This document shows positions 1-7,600 of a stretch of 24,000 nucleotides of DNA, in pieces. Source of the DNA: an uncultured Actinomycetota bacterium (GTDB lineage Bacteria; Actinomycetota; Actinomycetes; Propionibacteriales; Actinopolymorphaceae); the NCBI GenBank assembly GCA_963762635.1, contig CAVXLQ010000022.1, positions 150,154-174,153 of the forward strand, written 5' to 3'. The notes under the pieces were generated by a model, which saw only the letters and a list, made by a program, of their open reading frames with translations, made no database searches and was not told where the DNA came from. The translations under genes and the position numbers were made by a program. Position 1 is the stretch's first letter. Each line of letters starts with the position of its first letter.

Positions 1-616
1 CGACGAGTGGGCGGGACGCCTTGCGGAAGCGGAGCAACTCGCGCTTGACACGGTAGATCGCGTTGGCGTTGTCGGTCCGTTCGTCGGAGAACACGGACTG
101 CTCGACGTCGTCCGCGTCGGTCTCGAGCTCGGCCGTGACGTCGGCGTACGAGTCGACGACGTGGTCGCAGATCGCGTAGAGGATGCCGGCCGGGCCGTGG
201 CCGAGCAGGCTCGCCTTCTGCTCGAGGTCGGCCCGGATGTCGCCGAGCTGGCTGCCCTCGCCGTGGCGAACGGTGACGATGAAGTTGGCGCCCAGGAAGA
301 TGTAGAGCTCGCCGTTCTCGACCGTGGAGTGGCCCGGGTCGTACCAGAGCGTCTTGAGCGAGAGCAGCAGCATGTCGTCGTACAGGTCGAGCTTCGGCCG
401 TTCCCGCGCGTGCATGGCGTCCTCGACGGCCAGCCGATGCAGGTCGAACGCCCGCGCGACCTCGTCGAGCTCGTCCTCGGTGGGCTCGACGAGCCCGATC
501 CAGCAGAACGCGTCGTCGGACTGCTCGATCCGCGCGACGGCACTCCGGACGTCGGGCGCGGTCTCGACCCGCCTGCCGTCGAGGTAGACCCCGGAGTCCA
601 CGATCACGCCCCCCAT
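1..616 (-). CDS. corA: Magnesium/cobalt transporter CorA, N-terminal cytoplasmic part (3' end outside window)
   Basis: The reverse-strand frame is open to the window edge, so it is absent from the supplied ORF track. ATG at 616-614. My translation MGGVIVDSGVYLDGRRVETAPDV...AFCWIGLVEPTEDELDEVARAFDLHRLAVEDAMHARERPKLDLYDDMLLLSLKT...NFIVTVRHGEG...AIYRVKRELLRFRKA matches the CorA N-terminal domain as remembered from mycobacterial CorA. The GMN/TM region would lie beyond position 1. The frame has strong GC3 bias. Confidence 0.85.
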   Translation of the reverse strand, partial: MGGVIVDSGVYLDGRRVETAPDVRSAVARIEQSDDAFCWIGLVEPTEDELDEVARAFDLHRLAVEDAMHARERPKLDLYDDMLLLSLKTLWYDPGHSTVENGELYIFLGANFIVTVRHGEGSQLGDIRADLEQKASLLGHGPAGILYAICDHVVDSYADVTAELETDADDVEQSVFSDERTDNANAIYRVKRELLRFRKASRPLV

Positions 617-660
617 TGTGGTCGACCACCCCTGAACAGACCCGCTACCCCACGCCGAAC

Positions 661-710
661 GACTTGTTGGACGGCTGTCGCCTTCTAAGCCGACAGCCGT
701 CCAACAAGTC
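661..710. repeat. 50-bp palindromic element, copy A (perfect 20-bp stem, 10-nt loop)
   Basis: GACTTGTTGGACGGCTGTCG (661-680), loop ccttctaagc, then CGACAGCCGTCCAACAAGTC (691-710). The arms are exact reverse complements. Same family as 810-859, 1043-1092, 6207-6256 and 6310-6359. Confidence 0.9.
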
Positions 711-785
711 GACGGGTGAACAAGCCAACAAGTCCCGAGCCGACCTCACCTCGCGCCGCAACCACACTCCGATCGTCGCCACGCC

Positions 786-876
786 GGTCACATCCGCCCC
801 CGTCCGGCGGAGTTGTTGGACGAATCTCGGGATAGAGGCCGACAGCTGTCCAACAACTCGCCCCAGGGCGTCGCGG
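786..876. repeat. 91-bp direct repeat, copy 1, containing palindromic element copy B (810-859)
   Basis: GGTCACATCCGC...GAGTTGTTGGACGAATCTCGGGATAGAGGCCGACAGCTGTCCAACAACTC...GGGCGTCGCGG. It aligns to 1019-1108 with about four substitutions and one indel by hand count. Confidence 0.9.
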
Positions 877-935
877 TTGCCGCTCCACCCGCCACGCTCC
901 CCGTCCGTCCCCGCATCGTGACTTCACCCACGAAA

Positions 936-975
936 GGGGCGTTCCGAGGGGCTCCGAACACCCTCGGAACGCCCC
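936..975. repeat. Hairpin (perfect 15-bp stem, 10-nt loop) between the two 91-bp repeats
   Basis: GGGGCGTTCCGAGGG (936-950), loop gctccgaaca, then CCCTCGGAACGCCCC (961-975). On the minus strand it is followed by TTTCG. There is no flanking gene for it to terminate. Confidence 0.8.
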
Positions 976-1018
976 CCTCATGGGTAAAGTGCGGCGCCCA
1001 TCCGACGCAACTCGCAAC

Positions 1019-1108
1019 GGTCACATCCGCACCCCTCCGGCGGAGTTGTTGGACGAATCTCGGGATAGAGGCCGAAAGCTGTCCAACAACTCGCCCGGGG
1101 CGTCGCGG
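1019..1108. repeat. Direct repeat, copy 2, containing palindromic element copy C (1043-1092)
   Basis: Near-identical to 786-876. It ends 42 bp upstream of the phosphatase start codon at 1150. Confidence 0.9.
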
Positions 1109-1149
1109 CGGGCGTGGGTGGGTTGGCGTGCGTCTGTAGGCTCGCCGGC

Positions 1150-1869
1150 ATGGCGACGTTGCTGCTTGTCCGCCACGGTCGGACGAAGGCCAACGCCGAT
1201 GGAGTGCTGGCTGGTTGGACGCCCGGGGTGGGGTTGGACGACATCGGCCGAGGGCAGGCCGAGACTCTCGCGACGAGGCTCGCGGGCATCCCGTTGGCTG
1301 CCCTCGTCGCGAGCCCGCTCGACCGCTGCCAGGAGACCGCGAAGGCTCTGGGCGGCATCGACGGACGTCCCGAGCTGGTGACCGACGACAGGCTCGGCGA
1401 GGCGAAGTACGGCGACTGGCAGGGCGAGAAGCTCAGCAAGCTCGCCAAGGAGCCGCTCTGGAAGATCGTCCAGCAGAACCCCAGCGGCGTCGTCTTCCCC
1501 GGCGAGGGCGGTGAGTCGCTCCGCGCGATGTGGGACCGCTCCGTCGACGCCGTCCGCGAGTGGGACGCCAAGGTCGAGGCGGAGCACGGCCCGGACGCGA
1601 TCTGGGCCGCGGTCAGCCACGGCGACGTGATCAAGGCGATCGTCGCCGATGCGCTCGGGCTGCACCTGGACCAGTTCCAGCGGATCATGGTCGACCCCTG
1701 CTCTGTGTCGATCGTCCGCTATACGCCGCTTCGTCCGTTCGTGATCAAGGTCAACGACACCGGCAGCGATCTCGCCGCTCTCGTCCCCAAGAAGCCCCGG
1801 AAACGCCGCTCCAAGGCGCCGAGCCGAGATTCGGACGCGCCGGTCGGCGGCGGAGCCGGGACCGCGTAG
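1150..1869 (+). CDS. Histidine phosphatase superfamily protein (MSMEG_4193-type putative phosphomutase/phosphatase)
   Basis: LLLVRHGRTKAN (catalytic RHG motif) and AVSHGDVIKA (second His motif). The track ORF starts at 1114, but the ATG at 1150 (MATLLLVRHGRT) gives the usual short N-terminus. First gene of a trio conserved next to mshC in Actinobacteria. Confidence 0.85.
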   Translation: MATLLLVRHGRTKANADGVLAGWTPGVGLDDIGRGQAETLATRLAGIPLAALVASPLDRCQETAKALGGIDGRPELVTDDRLGEAKYGDWQGEKLSKLAKEPLWKIVQQNPSGVVFPGEGGESLRAMWDRSVDAVREWDAKVEAEHGPDAIWAAVSHGDVIKAIVADALGLHLDQFQRIMVDPCSVSIVRYTPLRPFVIKVNDTGSDLAALVPKKPRKRRSKAPSRDSDAPVGGGAGTA

Positions 1870-1879
1870 GGTCGTATCC

Positions 1880-2455
1880 ATGACGCGCGTCGTCCACCTA
1901 CACGACATGCCTGAGCGTTTCGTGGCCGGAACGGTCGGAGATCCCGGGCAGCGTAGTTTCTATCTGCAGGCCCGTTCGAGCGACCAGATCACCACGGTCG
2001 CGCTGGAGAAGGAGCAGGTCAGCATCCTCGCCGAGCGCGTCGATGCGATGCTCGACGAGGTCTTGCGCCTCACCGGTGGCCGGGCCGTGATTCCCGCGGT
2101 CGTGCCGACCGACCTCGACGACGACAATCCGCTCGAGCAGCCGATCATCGAGGAGTTCCGCGTCGGCACGCTGCGCCTGGCCTGGGACAGCGACCAGGAA
2201 CGGGTCGTGATCGAGGCGTACGAGGTCACCGAGGAGGAGGCCGACCCGCCGCCTCCCGTCGAGGAGGACCCGGACGCCGAGGGGCCGGAGACGTTGGTCG
2301 TCCGGATCACCGGCGCCCAGGCCCGCGCGTTCGTACGCCGGTCGCTCGCCCTCGTCTCGCAGGGCCGGCCGCCGTGCCCGTTCTGCGGCGGGCCGCTCGA
2401 CCCCGACGGGCACCTGTGCCCGCGGCAGAACGGCTACCGCCGGACCGAGCTGTAA
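1880..2455 (+). CDS. DUF3090-family protein (actinobacterial, function unknown) with C-terminal Cys/His knuckle
   Basis: MTRVVHLHDMPERFVAGTVGDPGQRSFYLQA...VALEKEQVSILAERV is the typical DUF3090 N-terminus. An acidic linker follows, then C-terminal CPFCGGPLDPDGHLCP. Good GC3 bias. It sits 11 bp after the upstream stop. Confidence 0.8.
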   Translation: MTRVVHLHDMPERFVAGTVGDPGQRSFYLQARSSDQITTVALEKEQVSILAERVDAMLDEVLRLTGGRAVIPAVVPTDLDDDNPLEQPIIEEFRVGTLRLAWDSDQERVVIEAYEVTEEEADPPPPVEEDPDAEGPETLVVRITGAQARAFVRRSLALVSQGRPPCPFCGGPLDPDGHLCPRQNGYRRTEL

Positions 2456-2465
2456 CGAGCGGACG

Positions 2466-3266
2466 ATGGAATCCCTGGACCAGGCGGACGCACTGCGCCT
2501 GCTGCAGCAGGGCGACCTCTCGATCGAGGGTCGCCTGGTCGCGGCGTCGAACGCGACGTTCTACTGCTCCCTGACGATGGACGGCGTGCAGGCCGCCGCT
2601 GTCTACAAGCCGGTACGCGGCGAGCGGCCGCTGTGGGACTTCCCGAACGGCACGCTCGCGCAGCGCGAGGTGGCGACGTACCTGCTCTCCGCGGCGTCCG
2701 GCTGGAACCTCGTGCCTCCAACGGTGCTCCGCGACGGGCCGCTCGGCGAGGGCATGGCGCAGCTGTGGATCGAGCCGTCGTCCGACGTGGAGATGATCGA
2801 CATCGTGCCCCGCGCCTCGGTGAAGCCGGGATGGCGGCACGTGCTGGACGCGTTCGACTCCGACGGCGACGAGATCAGCCTGGTGCACGCGGAGAACGAG
2901 GACCTGCGCCGGCTCGCTGTCTTCGACTCGGTGGTCAACAACGCCGACCGCAAGGGCGGGCACGTGCTCGTGGACGAGCTGCAGCGGGTGTTCGCGGTCG
3001 ACCACGGGTTGTGCTTCCACGAGGAGGACAAGCTGCGGACCGTGCTCTGGGGGTGGGCGGGCGAGCCCATGCCGGAGGAGTACGGCGAGGTGCTGGAGAA
3101 GCTCGAGTGCGACCTCTCCGGCCCGGTCGGCGGCGGGCTGCGCAAGCTGATCCACCGTGACGAGCTGGACGCGTTGCGTACCCGCATCCAGCGGCTGCGG
3201 CTCTATCCCGTCTTTCCTGAGCGGGGTGGCGACGGCTGGCCATCGATTCCCTGGCCGGTTTTCTAG
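2466..3266 (+). CDS. SCO1664-family protein (PI3/PI4-kinase-like fold, function unknown)
   Basis: 266 aa: [23 protein letters not shown]...[26 protein letters not shown]...[11 protein letters not shown]...[11 protein letters not shown]. The catalytic-loop-like NADRKGGH and DHG motifs resemble a lipid/protein kinase fold. It occupies the conserved position between DUF3090 and mshC. Confidence 0.75.
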   Translation: MESLDQADALRLLQQGDLSIEGRLVAASNATFYCSLTMDGVQAAAVYKPVRGERPLWDFPNGTLAQREVATYLLSAASGWNLVPPTVLRDGPLGEGMAQLWIEPSSDVEMIDIVPRASVKPGWRHVLDAFDSDGDEISLVHAENEDLRRLAVFDSVVNNADRKGGHVLVDELQRVFAVDHGLCFHEEDKLRTVLWGWAGEPMPEEYGEVLEKLECDLSGPVGGGLRKLIHRDELDALRTRIQRLRLYPVFPERGGDGWPSIPWPVF

Positions 3267-3286
3267 CGCCCGATAGGCTTCGAGGC

Positions 3287-4519
3287 ATGAAATCCTGGTC
3301 CTCTCCAGACGTCCCCCGGCTGCCCGGAGCGGGACAGGTACCTCAGATCTTCGACGTGGGCAGCGGCTCTCTGCGCCCCAGTGCGACCGGTCAGCACGCG
3401 CGGATGTACGTGTGTGGCATCACGCCGTACGACGCGACGCACATCGGGCACACCGCCACGTACGTCGCGTTCGATCTGCTCAACCGGGCCTGGCGCGACG
3501 CCGGGCTCGACGTGACGTACGTGCAGAACGTCACCGACATCGACGACCCGCTGCTGGAGCGCGCCAACCGCGACGGCGAGGACTGGGCGGGGTTGGCCGA
3601 GCGGCAGACCGAGCTGTTCCGGGGCGACATGTCCGCGCTACGGGTTCTCGCGCCCGCTCAGTACATCGGCGCGGTCGAGGCGATCCCGCTGGTCGTCGAC
3701 TTCGTCGAGGAGCTGCGCGGCAAGGGCGCGGCATACTCGGTCGACGGCGATCTGTACTTCCCGGTCGGGTCCGATCCCGACTTCGGCTCGGTTTCCGGCT
3801 TGTCGCGTTCGACCATGCTCGACGTGTTCGCCGAGCGGGGCGGGGACCCCGATCGCGCCGGCAAGCGGGACCCGCTCGACTGCCTGCTCTGGCTGCTGCA
3901 GCGGCCGGGCGAGCCGGCCTGGGAGTCGCCGCACGGGAAGGGCCGGCCGGGGTGGCACGTGGAGTGCTCGGCGATCGCGCTCGAGCACCTGGGGATGAGC
4001 TTCGACATCCAGGGCGGCGGGTCTGACCTGACGTTCCCGCACCACGAGATGTGTGCGTCCGAGGCGCAGGTCTTGGCTGGGGAGAAGCCGTTCGCGCACG
4101 CGTACGTCTACCAGGCGATGGTGTCGCTGGACGGCGAGAAGATGTCGAAGTCCAAGGGCAACCTGGTCTTCTCGTCGAAGCTGCGGTCGGACGGCGTGGA
4201 TCCGATGGCTATCCGGATGGTGCTGCTGACCCACCACTACCGCTCGCCTTGGGAGTGGTTCCCGTCCGATCTCGAGGCGGGTACCGCGCGGCTCGCTCGA
4301 TGGCGTGCGGCGGTCGCGCTGCCCGCCGGGGCCGATGCCTCGAAGGTCCTGCCTGGCGTACGGGACGCACTCGCCGCTGACCTCGACGCGCCGGCCGCGG
4401 TGGCTGTCGTCGACGAATGGGTGGACGCGACGCTGGCCGGAAGCGGCTCTCTCGGGGATGCTGACGCTCCGGCGATCGTTCGGGATGTGTGTGACTCTTT
4501 GCTCGGCATCTCGCTGTAG
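3287..4519 (+). CDS. mshC: L-cysteine:1D-myo-inositol 2-amino-2-deoxy-alpha-D-glucopyranoside ligase (mycothiol ligase)
   Basis: CysRS-like class I core: [16 protein letters not shown] (HIGH), [15 protein letters not shown] (KMSKS). The 410-aa length lacks a tRNA anticodon domain. The N-terminus [14 protein letters not shown] parallels mycobacterial MshC. Confidence 0.9.
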   Translation: MKSWSSPDVPRLPGAGQVPQIFDVGSGSLRPSATGQHARMYVCGITPYDATHIGHTATYVAFDLLNRAWRDAGLDVTYVQNVTDIDDPLLERANRDGEDWAGLAERQTELFRGDMSALRVLAPAQYIGAVEAIPLVVDFVEELRGKGAAYSVDGDLYFPVGSDPDFGSVSGLSRSTMLDVFAERGGDPDRAGKRDPLDCLLWLLQRPGEPAWESPHGKGRPGWHVECSAIALEHLGMSFDIQGGGSDLTFPHHEMCASEAQVLAGEKPFAHAYVYQAMVSLDGEKMSKSKGNLVFSSKLRSDGVDPMAIRMVLLTHHYRSPWEWFPSDLEAGTARLARWRAAVALPAGADASKVLPGVRDALAADLDAPAAVAVVDEWVDATLAGSGSLGDADAPAIVRDVCDSLLGISL

Positions 4520-4548
4520 CTCTAGCCACCTCGGGGGAGGCTGAACGG

Positions 4549-5940
4549 ATGTGCCAGTTCCATGGCGGCGGGACTCCTGTGCCGTCGCCAGGCCGGCTTG
4601 GACGGCGTGCGCTGCTGGTCGGGGCCGGTGGGTCGGTCGCCGCCCTCGCGCTGTCCTCTGTCGCCCAAGCAGCGCCACGCGCGCTGGGCCGAACGTGGGC
4701 GATCGTCGGTGCGACCGCGATCGACTCGGTGCGTTCGCACCCGTTGGCCGATGCCACGGTGCTGGTGCACGGCAACCGGATCGCCCGGGTCGGGCGGCGG
4801 CGCGAGGTGGTGTTGCCGCCTTCCACCACCGTCATCGACGGGCATGGGAAGTACGTGATTCCCGGGTTGGTCGACATGCACCACCACCTCGGTGGCACGT
4901 CGTTGGAGGAGCGGGCGGCCAACCTGCGGCAGCTGCTCGCGTTCGGGTACACGTCGATCTTCGATCCTGCTGTCTCGTTGCCGGATCTCGTTGCCCTGAA
5001 GGCTTTCTCTGGAGTTTCGGATGCGCCGTACCCTAGGTACTCCGGTACGGGGCCGATGCTCGGGACGCCCGGTGGGTGGGGCGACTTCGGGACGCCGGAG
5101 ACGCGGGTCGTGCCTTCCGCCTCCGCCGCGGCGTCGATCGTCGCCGAGTTCGCGGCTCACGGGGCGGACGCGATCAAGGTGGCGAACGACAACGTGGCCT
5201 GGGGCGGCGGCATCGCTGCCGAGATGCCGGAGGACGTGCAGGTCGCGATCGTGGCGGCGGCGCGGCGGCACCGGTTGCGCGTGTTCTTCCACGCTCCGTC
5301 TCTGCGGCTGGCAATGCAGGCCTTGCGGGCTGGGGCGAGCGGGCTGTTGCACGGGATCGTCGACGCGCCGCTGGACAGGTCGTTCCTGCGCTTGCTGCGG
5401 CGGTCCGACGCTTCGGCGTTGGAGACGTTCTCGCTGTTCGAAACGCTCGGCGACGTCGTGTCGTACGTGGGTAGGCAGCAGGCGTTCGACCGGCTCGGTC
5501 TCTATCCCTCTTCGGTGTACGACGCGCTACGCAGCCCGGAGGCGATCGCCGCGATCGAGGCGTTCGTCGACCCGTCGGTGGTGGTGAAGCACCTGGCGAC
5601 GTTGCGTTCGAACTCGCGGCGGCTGTTCTCGAGCGGGGCGAACGCGACGTTCGGCTCCGACGGCGGAACGTTCAGCCAGGCGCTGGGCATCTCGAGCCAC
5701 CTCGAGCTCGCGGTCCACGAGTCGGCCGGCCTGCGGCCGCACGAGATCCTCCGCGGCGCCACGTTGGGCGCCGCCCGCATGCTCGGCCGGGCCTACGAGC
5801 GCGGCTCCCTGGCACCCGGCAAGCTCGCCGACCTGGTGCTGCTGAACGCGAACCCCCTGACCTCGATCGCCAACCTGCACTTCGTCGACCAGGTGGCAAA
5901 GGACGGCCACCTCTTCCGCGCAAGGGACCTGCTCACCTGA
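4549..5940 (+). CDS. Secreted (Tat-type signal) amidohydrolase-family metallohydrolase
   Basis: GGGGGAGG Shine-Dalgarno 8 nt upstream of the ATG. N-terminal LGRRALLVGAGGSVAALALSSVAQA-AP (twin-Arg signal plus AXA cleavage site). VIPGLVDMHHHL (HxH metal motif). C-terminal GSLAPGKLADLVLL is typical of the amidohydrolase superfamily. Confidence 0.75.
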   Translation: MCQFHGGGTPVPSPGRLGRRALLVGAGGSVAALALSSVAQAAPRALGRTWAIVGATAIDSVRSHPLADATVLVHGNRIARVGRRREVVLPPSTTVIDGHGKYVIPGLVDMHHHLGGTSLEERAANLRQLLAFGYTSIFDPAVSLPDLVALKAFSGVSDAPYPRYSGTGPMLGTPGGWGDFGTPETRVVPSASAAASIVAEFAAHGADAIKVANDNVAWGGGIAAEMPEDVQVAIVAAARRHRLRVFFHAPSLRLAMQALRAGASGLLHGIVDAPLDRSFLRLLRRSDASALETFSLFETLGDVVSYVGRQQAFDRLGLYPSSVYDALRSPEAIAAIEAFVDPSVVVKHLATLRSNSRRLFSSGANATFGSDGGTFSQALGISSHLELAVHESAGLRPHEILRGATLGAARMLGRAYERGSLAPGKLADLVLLNANPLTSIANLHFVDQVAKDGHLFRARDLLT

Positions 5941-5960
5941 GCGCGCGCGGGCTTCCGCCG

Positions 5961-5990
5961 TTTCGAATGAGGGCGTCGCTCTGTCGAACA
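5961..5990. repeat. Solo half-copy of the 6383-6433 hairpin family
   Basis: TTTCGAATGAGGGCGTCGCTCTGTCGAACA versus TTTCGAATGAGGGCGTCCCTCTATCCAAAA at 6379-6408 (26 of 30 identical by hand count). No matching right arm follows. Confidence 0.7.
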
Positions 5991-6206
5991 GGCCGGTATG
6001 TCGCCTGGGTGCCATGACTCCGGGGAGGTTGTCCACAGGATCGTGCACTTCCCTGGCCGATCTGGGGTTGTGCGGCGTGGCAAGAGCCCGCGAGACCCCG
6101 GTTCGGTGAGGGAAGTGGGGGGAGCTGTGGACGGTGGTGGCCGGTGGTGGCCGGAGGTTGCGGGTGCCGGGCGTCGTCAACGAGCAGGCCGGTCGATTAG
6201 ACCGGT

Positions 6207-6256
6207 GAGTTGTTCCAGGGATCTCGGCTTCTAGGTCGAGATCCCTGGAACAAGTC
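6207..6256. repeat. 50-bp palindromic element, copy D1 (perfect 17-bp stem with a variant core)
   Basis: GAG-TTGTTCCAGGGATCTCG (6210-6226), loop gcttctaggt, then CGAGATCCCTGGAACAA-GTC (6237-6253). It shares the termini (TTGTT...AACAA) and loop (CTTCTAxG) with copy A. The stem core differs on both arms in a compensatory way. Confidence 0.9.
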
Positions 6257-6309
6257 GGGGCTCCCGCCGCCGGCTCTCGCACCCGCTGGTCACACGCGCA
6301 CCACGCGAC

Positions 6310-6359
6310 GAGTTGTTGGACAGATCTCGGCCTCTAAGCCGGTATCTGTCCAACAAGTC
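6310..6359. repeat. 50-bp palindromic element, copy D2 (imperfect stem, 18 of 21 paired)
   Basis: GAGTTGTTGGACAGATCTCGG, loop cctctaag, then CCGGTATCTGTCCAACAAGTC. It is preceded by GGTCACAC..., like copies B and C. Confidence 0.9.
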
Positions 6360-6382
6360 GTCCGGCCCACCAGGTCCGTTTC

Positions 6383-6433
6383 GAATGAGGGCGTCCCTCT
6401 ATCCAAAAGATCGATAGAGGGACGCCCTCATTC
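6383..6433. repeat. Hairpin (perfect 21-bp stem, 9-nt loop)
   Basis: GAATGAGGGCGTCCCTCTATC (6383-6403), loop caaaagatc, then GATAGAGGGACGCCCTCATTC (6413-6433). The arms are exact reverse complements. Confidence 0.9.
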
Positions 6434-6451
6434 CAAACCCCCGTCCGGGCC

Positions 6452-6526
6452 GTGATCATGATCGTGATCATGAAGCCAAACGCGCGTAGAGCGATGCTCC
6501 GGCTTCATGATCACGATCATGATCAC
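6452..6526 (-). terminator. Perfect 26-bp inverted repeat (23-nt loop), 12 nt downstream of the hypE stop; candidate hyp operon terminator or protein-binding site
   Basis: GTGATCATGATCGTGATCATGAAGCC (6452-6477) and GGCTTCATGATCACGATCATGATCAC (6501-6526) are exact reverse complements. The sequence is AT-rich relative to its surroundings, with three GATC per arm. No U-tract follows on either strand, so the terminator call is tentative. Confidence 0.5.
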
Positions 6527-6538
6527 CGCGGTGGGCGG

Positions 6539-7600
6539 TCAGCAGATTCGGGGCAGCTGCTCTCCGATCGGCACGTCGACCACCCGCGTCCCGCCCAGCC
6601 CGGTCCGCGTCACGACCATCCCTGGATGCGCCTCCACGCACTCGCCGATCACCACTGCTTCGGCCCCGTACTCGTGAGCCCGCATCGCCGCCAGCACCGC
6701 ATCGGCGTCCTCTGGTGCGACCAGGGCCACGAGCTTCCCCTCGTTCGCCACGTACAAGGGATCCAGCCCCAACACCGAGCAGGCGTTGGCGACAGCCTCG
6801 GGAATCGGCAGCAGCCGCTCCACCAGCTCGATCCCCACGCGCGAGGCCTGCGCGATCTCGTTCAGCGACGTCGCCAACCCGCCCCGAGTCGGGTCGCGCA
6901 ACACGTGCACGTCCGGCACGACCTCGAGCATCGAAGCGACGAGACCGTTCAACGGTGCACAGTCGCTGATGATCTCGATGCCGAACTCCAGCCCCTCCCG
7001 CACGCTCATGATCGCGATCCCGTGCACGCCGATCGCGCCGCTCACGATCACCACGTCGCCAGGCCGCGCCCGCTGGGGACGGATGTCGATGCCGTCCGGC
7101 ACCAGGCCGATCCCCGCGGTGTTCACGTACACGCCGTCCCCGTGCCCCGCGTCCACCACCTTGGTGTCCCCGGTCACCACCACCACGCCGGCCCGGGTGG
7201 CCGCCCGCCCCAGTCGGGCGGCCACCTCGCCGACGACGGCGATGTCGGTGCCCTCCTCGAGGATGAAGCCGCACGACAGGTACGCGGCCTGGGCTCCGCT
7301 CATCGCGAGATCGTTCACGGTCCCGTTCACCGCGAGATCGCCGATGCTTCCGCCCGGGAAGAACAACGGGCGTACGACGAACGAGTCCGTCGACATCGCC
7401 AGTCGCGCCCCGCCCAGCGTCACCACCGCGGAGTCGGCGAGCCCGGACAACACCGAGTTCTGAAACGCCGGAACGAAGATGTGCTCCACCAACTCCGCCG
7501 ACATCTGCCCGCCACCGCCGTGCCCCATCACCACGGTCGGTGAGTCGCGCAACGGCAGCGGGCAGGTCCAACCCTCGAAGTCCAGTGCCACGTCAACCAA
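6539..7600 (-). CDS. hypE: Hydrogenase maturation protein HypE (carbamoyl dehydratase, forms Cys-thiocyanate)
   Basis: [23 protein letters not shown]-terminus, PurM/AIR-synthase-like core (GDTKVVD, RDPTRGG), and the diagnostic C-terminal GEQLPRIC. The start is either TTG at 7600 (8-nt overlap with hypD) or GTG at 7591. Confidence 0.92.
   Translation of the reverse strand: MVDVALDFEGWTCPLPLRDSPTVVMGHGGGGQMSAELVEHIFVPAFQNSVLSGLADSAVVTLGGARLAMSTDSFVVRPLFFPGGSIGDLAVNGTVNDLAMSGAQAAYLSCGFILEEGTDIAVVGEVAARLGRAATRAGVVVVTGDTKVVDAGHGDGVYVNTAGIGLVPDGIDIRPQRARPGDVVIVSGAIGVHGIAIMSVREGLEFGIEIISDCAPLNGLVASMLEVVPDVHVLRDPTRGGLATSLNEIAQASRVGIELVERLLPIPEAVANACSVLGLDPLYVANEGKLVALVAPEDADAVLAAMRAHEYGAEAVVIGECVEAHPGMVVTRTGLGGTRVVDVPIGEQLPRIC

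Noticed and set aside
661-710. The palindromic elements as integron attC sites (GTTGGAC fits GTTRRRY, GTCCAAC fits RYYYAAC)
   Set aside because: The order is inverted relative to attC, which has RYYYAAC at the 5' end and GTTRRRY at the 3' end. Reverse-complementing cannot fix this. Copy D1 lacks the motif. There are no extrahelical-base asymmetries, no integrase and no cassette-like ORFs.
616-1139. ORFs 616..921(+), 813..1139(+), 685..1017(-) and 788..1024(-), which share peptide segments such as RRSCWTNLGIEA.SCPTTRP
   Set aside because: The shared peptides arise from translating the 91-bp DNA repeats and palindromes. There is no GC3 bias, and the frames overlap each other.
1114-1149. The longer N-terminus (MGGLACVCRLAG) for the histidine phosphatase
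   Set aside because: The ATG at 1150 places the RHG motif at the usual distance from the N-terminus. The upstream 12 codons lie largely downstream of repeat copy C (which ends at 1108) and have weaker GC3 bias.
4549-5940. The amidohydrolase as a hidden partner of the hyp operon
   Set aside because: It is convergent to hypE and separated from it by a 600-bp repeat-filled spacer. It also carries an export signal, whereas Hyp chemistry is cytoplasmic. I see no sequence-based reason to link them.
661-6359. CRISPR array interpretation of the repeated palindromes
   Set aside because: The spacing is irregular (100-230 bp, plus a 5-kb gap) and the repeats differ in their cores. There are no cas genes and no uniform spacer length.
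6428-6526. A 32-codon minus-strand micro-ORF, VIMIVIMKPEHRSTRVWLHDHDHDHGPDGGLE, as a possible nickel-binding HD-repeat peptide downstream of hypE
   Set aside because: The hydrophobic and HDHDHDH segments are forced mirror images of a perfect DNA palindrome, and the same peptide ends appear on both strands. No Shine-Dalgarno precedes it. Nucleic-acid structure explains it more simply. It would be worth revisiting only if ribosome profiling shows translation.
6452-7543. A 363-aa plus-strand ORF starting in the 26-bp palindrome (MIMIVIMKP...HDHDHDH...)
   Set aside because: Beyond the palindrome it runs antisense to hypE and is His/Arg/Pro-rich junk. Its start is a by-product of the inverted repeat.
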